From Selaginella moellendorffii (lineage: Eukaryota; Plantae; Lycopodiophyta): a stretch of 64,000 bases of DNA. This document shows, one piece after another, positions 37,909 through 48,699 of the stretch. Under the pieces are notes generated by a model. The model ran no database searches. It was not told the DNA's origin and saw only the letters and a program-made list of their open reading frames with translations. The stretch's first letter is position 1. Every line of letters begins with the position of its first letter. The stretch lies in NCBI RefSeq assembly GCF_000143415.4, contig NW_003314268.1:387117-451116 (forward strand). The letters are read 5' to 3'. Both the position numbers and the translations under genes were made by a program.

Positions 37909-38649
37909 CTATTTACGCTTGCAAAGGATCAACTTACAAGCTGCTGCTATCAGAGCCGTGAAAGCTACGGTCGCGGTGACAATGGATATCTTCCATTTCA
38001 CCGTCGTTTTCCTCGCGGGAGGAATCATGACTGGCTGATGCTCCAGATTGTTAGGATCATAGTCTGCTCCAAGTCCAAGAAAGCGCTCCATCGTCCGCGC
38101 TACGGCTCTCGAGTTGGCCTTCTCGAGATTAATCTCGTGCCGAATCTTCTCACATTGCTGGAGCTTATACCAAACAGCAAACGCTACCGCCATGCCCGCG
38201 AAGATGGTCAAAACAAAAGGGATCCACCAGAGTCCACACTCGAGTTTGGAAGACTGGGCCAGAGCAGTGAGAACCACGCCCTCGAAAACCACAAAGATCC
38301 CAAACAACTGGTATGTCTCGTTTTGAGTCTTTGTTAGCGACTGCTCCATTTGCTCGATTCGTTCTCGCAGAAGCTCGTCTTCGTTCTGCCATAGCCGGAG
38401 CTGGAGCAGCAATGCTGGACTGGATTCAATCTCGTGCAAGACATTCCTCGCTCTCGCAGGAGTCGCTGAAGTAGCACCTCCACTCCCAGGTATTTCTTCT
38501 GAACTGAAACTTGACCTTGGACTTAGAAAGGTTTCAGCTTGAGTTCTTTCAGGAAGTTCAGTAACTCGATTACTACCTGGTTCGTCCAAGCTAGGAATTT
38601 CGTGCTCCACTTCGCCAGAAGTACTTACATTCGTGAAATTTTCACTCAT
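37909..38649 (-). CDS. Coiled-coil plus 3-TM protein, copy 3
   Basis: 246 aa; LRLWQNEDE...NETYQLFGIFVVFEGVVLTALAQ...WWIPFVL. Confidence 0.88.
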   Translation of the reverse strand: MSENFTNVSTSGEVEHEIPSLDEPGSNRVTELPERTQAETFLSPRSSFSSEEIPGSGGATSATPARARNVLHEIESSPALLLQLRLWQNEDELLRERIEQMEQSLTKTQNETYQLFGIFVVFEGVVLTALAQSSKLECGLWWIPFVLTIFAGMAVAFAVWYKLQQCEKIRHEINLEKANSRAVARTMERFLGLGADYDPNNLEHQPVMIPPARKTTVKWKISIVTATVAFTALIAAACKLILCKRK

Positions 38650-38974
38650 ATCGTTGCTCTCGAACAGGGAAGAACCAGGATTGATCGCCTGTGGAGGAAA
38701 AGTAAACGGCTTGACGTGCGAGACGGCGATGCGTGCAACGACGCAGCACGTCTCGCGAGTGTAAACAAAGCTCCCAGTGTTTCTTCCGGCTACCGTACAC
38801 GTCTTTTGTTGGTTTCGTCTCTTCCTGCAGAGTAAGCCATCTCTTTTTTTCTTTCATTGTTTTGGTCTTCTCCTTCGTCTTCAAACGCGTGCTCTCATCA
38901 CTAACGTTTGACTGCAGCCTCTAGCGGACGATAGGAACAAAGAAAAGAAAAAGAAAACAGAGGCTCTTTTGGGG

Positions 38975-39430
38975 ATGGGAAATTCTTGGAGCTGCTGCTG
39001 GAGCTCCAGATCGCGCGAGGCAGACGAGGCGAGCGGCGAGGACAAGGTCCCCAGCGTTTTAATCCACAACAATACGGAGAGGACGATTGGCCTGCGCGAC
39101 AAGGAGAGGGAAGTCTATGGCGTGCTGAGGTACAAAATCCCCGCAGGCGCGAGAGAAGAGATTAGCGTCGACTTGAGAGAGGCAGGGACTTACTACCGGA
39201 TGGCCGTGCTCGTCATGGTGGACGAGAAGAACGATAACAAAGTGGAGCCGACGCATCCGCCACTGTTCATCGACACGGAAGATCTCCACACCCAAAAGGT
39301 AATCACGATCTCTCGAAAGGGCAACAGGTATGTGCTCGAGAAGGAGGGCCGAGCTCACTTCAAGAACGGCAGTAAGAGCAACGCCGGAGTGTCCAAGCGG
39401 AACTCCTCGGCAGAAAAGGAGGCCTCTTGA
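38975..39430 (+). CDS. DUF7748-like protein, copy C, predicted N-myristoyl/S-acyl
   Basis: MGNSWSCCWSS; IHNNTERTIGLRDKEREVYG...YYRMAVL...IDTEDL. Divergent from the 3-TM gene at 38649. Confidence 0.82.
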   Translation: MGNSWSCCWSSRSREADEASGEDKVPSVLIHNNTERTIGLRDKEREVYGVLRYKIPAGAREEISVDLREAGTYYRMAVLVMVDEKNDNKVEPTHPPLFIDTEDLHTQKVITISRKGNRYVLEKEGRAHFKNGSKSNAGVSKRNSSAEKEAS

Positions 39431-39690
39431 TGGGAAAAGAAAGTAAAAGCTTCTGATCATCGATCGATCGATTACTCGTTTTGAGAGTGTTTTCAGCGCC
39501 GCGTGTTTTTTTCCTTTCAAGGATCATGTCGATCTCAGTGAAAATGCTATCCAGGCCAAGTTTATAAATAATCATGCTTTCATTCTAAGAATTCACGTTG
39601 ACTTGGCGAGTTTGACTCGTTGACCATTCGTTGGCTAAACGGCGGGAAGATCTTTGATTTCCGCAGGGGAGTTTCTTCGTTTGATCTAGA

Positions 39691-39945
39691 ATGGGAGCGG
39701 ACCAAGTTCACGCAGAGGACCTGGATTCCAAGAAGTTTGGAGCGAGTGGGGAATCGCCAAGCGAGAAGAATGCCTGGAAGTGTTTCCCATTCAAGTGGAG
39801 CGGGAATCGATCGAGCTCGAGCAAGGAGAAGAAGGCCAAAGCTAAGGAAGAGGTGAAATTAGAGAGTAAAACAGCGGTAATTGTTCCTTATTTCACCGCA
39901 GGAACTAAGTTCGAAGAGTTCTTTCTGACAAGCAATAAGTGTTAA
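39691..39945 (+). CDS. Small hypothetical protein (84 aa)
   Basis: ATG-initiated, Lys/Ser-rich, AVIVPYF near the end; no family established. Confidence 0.4.
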   Translation: MGADQVHAEDLDSKKFGASGESPSEKNAWKCFPFKWSGNRSSSSKEKKAKAKEEVKLESKTAVIVPYFTAGTKFEEFFLTSNKC

Positions 39946-40215
39946 TCTCGACTGCTTAACTGTCAACTGAACAATGGCGTGATGGTAGCGCACCTGGCAT
40001 CATATAAGAAGGTTATGTGTTCGAAACTCTCCAAATATTTGTTCTTGCCGAGAAGCCCTAAATAGATTTTTATCCGGACTGGGAGGAAAAATGGAAGCCG
40101 GAAGAAGCACTAGTAAGTCACAGAGCAAGAAGAGCAAGAAGAAAACGGTAAGCAGTGTGATTTCCTACATAGTTACTCAGTCTTATATTTTTTCCTGTCT
40201 CCGTTCAAGGCTGAA

Positions 40216-40675
40216 ATGGAGTTTTGCCCAACATGCTCGAGCTTGCTGCTTGTGGAGCACGCAGCAAGGCTGAGGTATTTCTGTCCAACTTGTGCTTACA
40301 TTTACAACATCGATCACGAGGTTCTTATAACTCTATGAGATCTTCGCTCCTTTTAACGCGTTTTCTCCTCCCATTGATAAAACTCCTTGCTACCTTGTCT
40401 CAGATAACCAAGAGGATTCCACTCAAGAACAAGGAAATGGATGATATTCTTGGAAGCGAGGACGCATGGAAGAATTGTGATCGGACGCCTAGTAAGAACT
40501 AGTCTTTTTTTCCTTCTCATTTCGAAAATTTCATTGCTTTTCAGTCACTTGTGCCAAATGTAACCACGAGCATGCTTATTTCATGCTAGTTCAAATCAGA
40601 TCTGCGGATGAACCAAGCACTGCATTTTACAGATGCTGCAATCCAGATTGCTCCTACCGCTGGAGAGAAGACTAG
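40216..40675 (+). CDS. RPC11: RNA polymerase III subunit C11 (RPC10/RPC11, TFIIS-like)
   Basis: MEFCPTC...FCPTCAY, CAKC..HAYF.LVQIRSADEP...FYRCC..C.YRWRED; 3 exons. Confidence 0.93.
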
Positions 40676-40719
40676 ACCCTTACCTTTGTTTTTCATAGAT
40701 CTATTTTTAGTATTTCGTT

Positions 40720-43330
40720 AATTTTACTTTATTATTATAAACTTTTAAAGTTAAAAACAGTAGTTATGTTTTAGGTAATAATTAGAGAAAAAAAGTGTCT
40801 TATTAGAGAATTTTAAAGAACTGAATTAATAGAGTAATAAAAGAACAATTATATGATAAAACTTTAAGAGCGATTATTAAAGTGTAAACATACTCAAGTA
40901 ATTTCAAATTATTATCTAGAAAATATTTTAAAGCAATGCTATATAATATAATGGATATAAAAACTCTTTGCAAATAGTATAATCTATTTAAACTATAAAA
41001 ATCTGTCTTATTGATAAGTATATGTCAGTAGCATTTTTGGACATGGTCGTATATATAAATACAATTATAAATATATTTTATATTAGTGTGCTTTTGTCAA
41101 GATTTAAATTATAAACCTTCATATATAGAATTTATAAGCAATATGCATATGTATGTCATACTTCTACTTTTACTCCTAACAATTAAAAGGAACAAGACAC
41201 TATATCAACTTAGTATTCTGCCACATCAATAAGAATAATCTTGTTTTGTGCTAATCTTGAATTATGCCATGCTAAGGAGGTGAAAACTAGTTGTAGTGGG
41301 AGTGAACTTTATTTTGATGTGATTGAAGTAAGTATTACAATTGTCTGCCCAAGGAACAGAAAGAACTCAAGAATTCTAAAGCTTTAGAGACTACACCCTA
41401 TCATGCTCTTTAACTTCAAATAAAAATTACCACCTTCACTTCTAAAAGACCCTTCATAAGGATCTCATTGCAAGTAAATAAAGTAAAATTGGACCTCTGT
41501 TATGAAAAAGATTTATATAAAGAGTGGTCATACTAATTAACAATTTTGAAGTCTTGAAAATATATCTAACAAGATTCCTAGAATACTTTCATATTTCAAC
41601 TTAACTTTTAAGTTTTTGATATGCTATCATTTAAAATTAAGTGCATCAAATCACTTGGCCTAGTAATCCAGCCAAGAGAGAGGCATCAAGCATGGTTTTC
41701 AGTGATTATGTAAATTTTCAAATTGTCTTGGGATGGATTGAATACTCAATCTTTTTAAATTACTTTTAAAGTTCTGCACTACCAAGCATTTAAGAATTTC
41801 TAATACACTACTAAAACTATTACTATAAAATGTTAAGGCCATTACCAATATAGCCCTAGAACTTTAATTCTAAGAGTTAATCTAGCTAGAAAGAAGTTTA
41901 CTTGCCAGTGAGAAAAACTTTTAAAGCCAAAGAAAATGAAAATTTTATGGCTTAATGGGCAAGAAATAAAAAAATATTTTATCAGGTAGTATAATAAATG
42001 AGATTTGCAAATCTTGGGAAATATTGTTAATGAAAAGAGCACATTCATTTGTGGGGGAAGGCAAAATTTTAATCCCTTAAACTATAATATCCATTTAGCA
42101 AATTTGTGTTGCTATGGGGATATCTTTTTGCTTCAAATGCATTATGATGTCATAAATACTTCAATTAAATTGATGTCCACAATTCTATAAAAGTTGCTTC
42201 TGTTTTTATTTTCTCTCTAATGCTAGCACTCATATAATTATTTTGAGCTATTTCCTTTGCCATGCTGGGCATTGAGGAAAATATATAACAATTTCAATCC
42301 ATAACTTGAATATTTTAATACCAAAATATGCTAATCCTATACTAGTAAAAGCAAGATATTGATAAGCTAAGTTATATGTGGGAGTAGTGAGTGGAGTAAT
42401 ATGTTAACAAAAATGGAGTAGTATATTATATATGAAGAGTATCTGATGTGATAATTTTTTGAGAGTATTAATTACTCTGGAGGAGGTTTACTTACTCCTT
42501 TCATGTGTTTTAAAATATTTCTCCTTATTTTTCTTTAATGAGTGGAGGGACCATACAACTATAAAATATTTCCAATTGACTATTATGTGCAAAACAAATG
42601 TATTATAGAATGTTATATAAAATTATTCCAAACCATTCTACTCATTGGTATTTGTATGATGAACAAGAGTGAGAGAATTATATGGAAAGACATCAAATTC
42701 CTCAAAATTAAATTAATAATAATAAAAAATGTGTAGGTATAATGAATAAATTTTTACATCCTTAAAAGGCTTAAGGATGGGAACAACATGGCAAATAATT
42801 AACTTTGGAGAATCTTTGTAAAGCACTCCAGTAACAAGGAATCAACTTTTATCAACATCATTACTATTGTAATACCCACGTATATTTCCCTTTTAGCCTA
42901 TGGTCTAGAGATATAATTTATTCAATCTATCTCAGATTGAATGTATCGAAGCAGGTTGTTGCATGAACAAAATTTAGCAGGATTTTCCTTGTAGCCTCAT
43001 ATTTTCAAGGTAAAAGAGTAGAAAAACACAAATTGATAACAACAAAAAAATTACAAGAATAAATCAAAGCATATCCTAATACTAGGATATTCTTAGAATG
43101 TTCACTACTATCATAATTTAAATCTCATTTAGTTTTAACATTTTAAAGTACTTTTATCACTTATATTTCACCTCCATGAAAGGCTTTCTTTAAATTAGTT
43201 TGTAAATGTTTTAACTTGACTATAATATTCTAATATTATTAATATAATAACTTATTTATTATAAAAATAAAGAAATTATTTTATTAGTTAAATTAAATGA
43301 TTATTATTTTAGACATGCAAAAAGTTTTAA
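40720..43330. other. Very AT-rich ORF-less tract, probably an old decayed transposon
   Basis: Abrupt composition shift, CpG-poor; no termini or protein motifs identified. Confidence 0.4.
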
Positions 43331-44504
43331 CCATACCGGTACCATCAAGAGAAAATGTCACGTTAGCATTATTTGAAAGAATTCTAGTTAGAAGAAGCAT
43401 GTTCTCTCACCTTATAATAGATGAATAGTTGACAAAACTCATAAGCTAGTTGTCAAGTTGGAGGTTTTGTGACATCATGTCTTCATACGTCACAAACTGT
43501 TACATTTGGTTGACAGCAATGACGAGCAGCCAACACCACCCGGAAACAAATTTGACAAAATACAAGCTGGAAGATTTTGATTGCATTTGGCAGTTTTTGA
43601 TAGTCCGAGCGGACAACATCCAAACAAAATAAAATAATGCAAACTTTGTGTCGCCACCCGTGATATCCCACCCACATTTTAAAACCATAGCCAACGGTGC
43701 CGATTAACAGAGGGGAATAAAAGATTAGGATACCTTGGAGTCAAAAGAAACAAAAGAGAAGATACCCATCTTGGAGTCAACCACACCACCCATTGCGCCA
43801 GGTGGCCACATCTGCAGCGGGCCACGCCTCCTCTTACGTACATCCCGCGCCGTGTGGGCCCAAAGTTTAAACGCTTACGACAAGCCGTACATCTGTCCAC
43901 ATTGAATGGCGGGAGGCGAGAAGCCCTAATAACGCCTCGGTAAAATTCCAAAATAGAAACCCACTATTTATGAAGCGCGAGTATCGAGGAGGGAATAAGC
44001 CGTCCTTAGCTAATTTTGGTTTTTTACTGAAAGTGAGAGAGACGTCGGTAAAAGCCATGCATGGCATGATCATATGCGCTGTACCTTAAAATGAATGGTG
44101 ACGCTGGCCGTGATGGATGCCCATGCCATGGTCATGGCCATCGCATCCCATAGGGGTATAAATCTTAACGTTTTGCGCTTCACCACAGGAAAGCTTTTTT
44201 TCTCCTTCCCCTTCGTTGGCTTTTCTTTGGCGCTAGCGTTCTTCCAAGATTTCCCTTTCTCTCCGGCGGATCCTTCGATCTCTTCCTCCCGCTGCCAGAT
44301 TTCGATAGCGAGCGGCGCTGCGCGGAGCTCTCCTTCGATTCGCCGCCTTCTTTTCTCTTCTTGTCGGCGGCTCGGTCGGCGGCAGCGCTTCTCCAAGATT
44401 TTCCATCCAAGATTCCACGGCGGTGCTGGATTTCTCTTCTTCGAATCCGTCGGCCACTGCTCCTTGCTGTTTCTTTGCGAATCTTGCTTGCTGTTGCTTC
44501 GATT

Positions 44505-44600
44505 GTCACTGGCGACAGAAGAGAGTGAGCACACGGGGCCCCGTCCATGGATCGCATGGATTGAGCTTCGCGTGCTCACTCTCTGTCTGTCAGCTGTGCC
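44505..44600 (+). ncRNA. MIR156: MIR156 hairpin; mature CGACAGAAGAGAGTGAGCAC (44513-44532)
   Basis: Complementary arm GTGCTCACTCTCTGTCTGTCA at 44572-44592; TATAAAT at ~44157. Confidence 0.93.
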
Positions 44601-45138
44601 TGTTCGCAGTGATACTGAGCTCGCTGTGTGTTTTTCTTGAGCTGCTTGTGAGATTTTTCTTCCTGTGTTCGTGAATTTGCTTCTTTTGCTTCTTTTGCTG
44701 TTTCCATTGTTTCCATTGTGTTCGATCGATTGAAATTGTCTTCGTTGCGTTCCGTTCTTCCGTGGTGTTGGATCGATTTGCGCTCTTGAATTTTACTTCA
44801 ATTATTCTATGGCCTTTTTTTACTTTTTTGTGCTTTGCGGCGATAGCTGGAAGTTGTAACGTTATACGATTTAAGAGATTGATTTCTGTATTAGTATAAA
44901 CATGGGTTAACACGACTTGGTTTTTCAGCAATACAAAAGTCCAAAACGAAGAAAAGTCAGCTTTAAATTTGATGTTTGCGGTAGAAATGTTCTGCTTAGA
45001 TAAATGATCGACCGATCCACGATCGATTTTTGATTGATTGATCGCCAGTCAACAAATACGACGACCCTCTCCAAAAATGATTGGGATTTATTTTCACGTA
45101 AGCCTTGCGCAGCACATGGAGAGAGAGAGATGCTGCCT

Positions 45139-45453
45139 GTACAAGCGAGGACACAAAACAAAAACACCCCCCGCAAACAGAAAGCTGGAAGACAAGTAAC
45201 AGACGCGCCGTACGATTTTGCCCTAAACGAATATGCCGCGGCATTTAGGGCGGGCCCGGTACGGCGGCTCTTCGCAGGGCACGCGATTCACTCGCGCGTT
45301 TGCTAGCGATTTGGACGAGGTAGCTTCTGGGCAGGAGGCATCCAAGTACAGGACCCAAATCTTCCAATCGTAATTGGGTTGGTACTCTTTGGAAGCTTTC
45401 CGAGTACTGAGACTAACGGCCGGGATTTGGCCGAATGGGACCGGATCGTACGG
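45139..45453. promoter_or_regulatory. Cluster of seven GTAC (SBP/SPL core) sites upstream of the second MIR156
   Basis: GTAC at 45139, 45210, 45259, 45346, 45382, 45404 and 45448; three are full CCGTAC/GTACGG. Confidence 0.6.
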
Positions 45454-46099
45454 CGCTGGCCACTCCAGCGCGGCACTGACGGGCTCGCCCGCCATGGTTG
45501 ACGGGCGGTGGATGAATGAAACAAAACGGGTAAAGGTAAGAAAAACAAAAGAGTGAAGAGACTTTGGCACATACCTCATTGGATAAATCCCGTCGAGTCC
45601 GGGGCCTTGAAATGGGAGGGATTGCGATGGAGAAGAAAAGTATCACACCGCTTCTTCTCTTTTCTTTGCTTCTTTTCTTCTTCTCCAGGAGTGTAGAGAT
45701 TCACGATTCAATCGCCCTCTTGCCGAAAGAAGAGATGTCATACTTCTCTCCACAGCAATGGCGTTGGATCTCAAAGATCTGGAGCGAGAAAGAGCGCAAT
45801 CGTGTGTTTCCTGGCGATTTTGGTGTGTCTTTGCTGATTCCTTGTCACGCAGGGAGCCAAAAGCCCGAGATCTCGCACGGGAGACCATACAAATCGCATG
45901 GGACGAGGTCAACTTTTGGTTAAAGCCGGAGAACAAGAGATAAAGCTCATACGGAAACTGTGAAGAGCTTCCCAGATCCGTGGTAAGCTTTGCTTTCAGA
46001 CTTTTGGTTTCCTTGCATAGTTGTGTGTCGACTTCGCTGTTTCGAGCCGTGTGCTCTTGAATGTCTCTTGTGGAGTGTTTTTCGTGCTTGTGGATCCAT

Positions 46100-46205
46100 T
46101 GGACTGCTGCTGACAGAAGATAGAGAGCACAGATGTTTGGCTGCGAGAGCGGAATCTATATCCAGCAGCTCTGCGTTCGTGCTCTCTATTCTTCTGTCAT
46201 CAATC
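46100..46205 (+). ncRNA. MIR156: MIR156/157-type hairpin; mature CTGACAGAAGATAGAGAGCAC (46110-46130)
   Basis: Star arm GTGCTCTCTATTCTTCTGTCATC at 46179-46201. Confidence 0.93.
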
Positions 46206-47615
46206 TTTCGAGAGCTCTGCTTGCTTCAGACATGAACTCAAATGTTGCGTGTTTTGCTTGAGGCCATAGCTGTGCTTTTCTTCCAAAAGCCAACAGGAAA
46301 GAATTTCAAGTGTTTAGTGCTTGCTGCTTTCCACAAACATAAAAACACAAAAGAGAAGCAATGGAAGCCTTTCTTTTCTTATTCTCGTATTTATGTAACT
46401 TGTCTGTGCCGTGAGGAACTTTGTTGTGCACTTTGTAACAAGGAAACGAAAGGAGGGTGTGATTGTTTCCACTCGCTGGAAGATCCAGGCGTAAATCGAA
46501 ATAAGATTTGTGTTTCCCACTTTGGCTGCTGCTGCTGACTTTGCAGGTTCAGTGCATCTCGTTGTTCCGTTTTCTAGCACCAGCAGCATCTTAAAAACGA
46601 AAATGAATGTATGGATCTTTGAAGCGCAAGTGGCTGTACTTCTGAAACCTTGAACTCGGTTGTTTGTGCCCGAGATGGGAGGGAGGTTGGATTTGGATAC
46701 ACAGGTATTCCGCAGAAGCACCATCTGTGTTCCGTTTCCAAGTGTGCATTCCGTTTCCAAGGGCAGAAGATACCAGAAACTCCCTCTGGCAGGTTCACAT
46801 ATCATTCTTGTTGAAAGGATTTTTGAACCTTGGTCACTTCTTGACAAATTGATTCAGATTGAACATTCAACAACAGTTTCTGTTCGGTCCTTAATCTCTG
46901 AAACGCAAGCTGTGTTGTAGTTGGTGAGGCCGAACCTGCATGCTGCTGCTGTGGAGTGTGATGCTTCAACTTGCCTGAAATATCTCTTCTTTATTTCAGA
47001 TTTTTTTCCTGCCGGTTGCTCGAGTACAGATGTATTTCTTGTTCGTGGTCGGCAGGAATGCAGCAGCTGAAGGTGAAGACGAACCTGCATGCAATTTGCA
47101 GGCAAGGGAATGATGATTATGTGTGTGAGGGAGCACAAAGTGCATTGGTTTCACAGTTTCTTCAGACATATGGTGTTGAATGCTCCCAGTGTTGAGGAGA
47201 GTGTTTCGTTTCAGTGCTTGCATAGTACAATTGTTTTTCACCAGACGCACTCAGCCAAATAATGTCAAATTCTTTTCTCCTTTCTGTTTTTGCATAATAT
47301 AGTGCTCTTATGTAGTGCACCAAAAACACTCATTTCCTATCACCTCATCTCCACAACATAGATCATCTCAATATCTATGAAAGCCATGTCAAGGATCTTA
47401 TCTAATGCTTTTGGGCACTGATATTCTTTTCCGTACATTTCTCAATGTTTGATCTTACGAAACAGTCTGCATTTCAAAGAAAAGAGAGGGGAAAAAAAAA
47501 GAAAAAACAGAAAAAACAGAAAAAAGGAAGATTTGGTTGAATGCCGTGAAATCTTCAACTTCAGGACGATACGAAAGAGAGAAAAGATTTGCAAGCGCTG
47601 CAATGTTTTGAACCT

Positions 47616-47670
47616 GAGACGTCATTTGCTAAAGTCTCCACTTTGTAGACACGTGTCCCATACGTGTCGA
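47616..47670. promoter_or_regulatory. ABRE/G-box cluster upstream of the YbhB gene
   Basis: GACGTC, GACACGTGTC and TACGTGTC within ~55 bp. Confidence 0.45.
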
Positions 47671-47776
47671 GCTCCATGCAATCGATGGAATTCTCCTCTC
47701 TGCTCTTCTAGGGCTCTTGCTTCGATCGCTGAGAGAGATTTCTACGCGCAGTGGTCTTGATCAATCATCCATCATT

Positions 47777-48570
47777 ATGGCGGACCAATTCAGGTTAGTT
47801 TCTCCGGGAGGATTCCATCACGAGGGAAAAATCCCGCGCAAGCACACCGGCGATGGCCAGGGCGATCAAAAGGACATCTCGCCGGCGCTCGAGTGGTACA
47901 ATGTTCCTGAAGGAACCGTGAGCTTGGCGCTGGTTGTGGACGATCCCGACGCGCCCGATCCAAAAGATCCAGTCGTGCCATGGGTTCACTGGTAAGAAGA
48001 TTAGATCTCTCCTCCTCTTTCCCTTCCCATTCCCGATTATCTCCTTGCCTTGTGATCCAGGGTCTTGATCAACATTCCTCCAACGCTCAAAGGTCAGTTC
48101 TCTCCTTTCCCTCTAGCGATTTTCGGTGATTTCTCTCGTTCTTCCAGGGATTCCAGCGGGTTTCACCACTAAAGGGCTGGACGAGAAGAGCGAGTTCGCG
48201 GAGATCCAAGAGGGCTACAACGATTGGAAGCTCCCGGGCTACCGCGGCCCAAATCCTCCAGTGGGCACTCACCGCTACGTCTTCAAGCTCTACGCGCTGG
48301 ACACCAAGCTCAAGCTCGGCCACAAGGTACTCACATTTCCCTTTCGATTCATCACTTTCGATTCAATCAGCACAGATTTCTCGGATGATCTCCGCGAGCT
48401 AAGATTTTCCCCCCTTCTTTTTTTGTCTACAGGCAACCAAAGACAAAGTGGAGATAGCCGTACAAGGTCATGTTCTTGGAGAGACGGAGCTCATTGGCCA
48501 CTACACCAAGGAAAATTTTAGCACTGGCCACGACTCTTACGTGCCGCCACCCGGTGGACCGCTGATTTAG
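47777..48570 (+). CDS. YbhB/YbcL-type PEBP protein (At5g01300-like)
   Basis: [25 protein letters not shown]...[23 protein letters not shown]. Confidence 0.92.
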
Positions 48571-48699
48571 AATATATTGACACACGTCAGCTCCCAACGG
48601 TCGTTAAGAGTCGTAGAATATGCCAAAAGTATCTACTGTTTGACCAAACTTTTGACTTGAGCCAATATTTAGGGCTTTAGAACCCTAGGGCGATTGGCG

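Noticed and set aside
37645-38337. 230-aa + strand ORF
   Set aside because: It is a read-through of the fibrillin relic into the antisense of the 3-TM gene.
42005-42190. LGNIVNEKS resembling a DIRS reverse transcriptase motif
   Set aside because: A single short match with no other RT, RNase H or YR motifs.
44070-47250. Numerous 80-180-aa ORFs
   Set aside because: They are low-complexity CT/GA-rich pri-miRNA and promoter sequence; the MIR156 hairpins explain the region.
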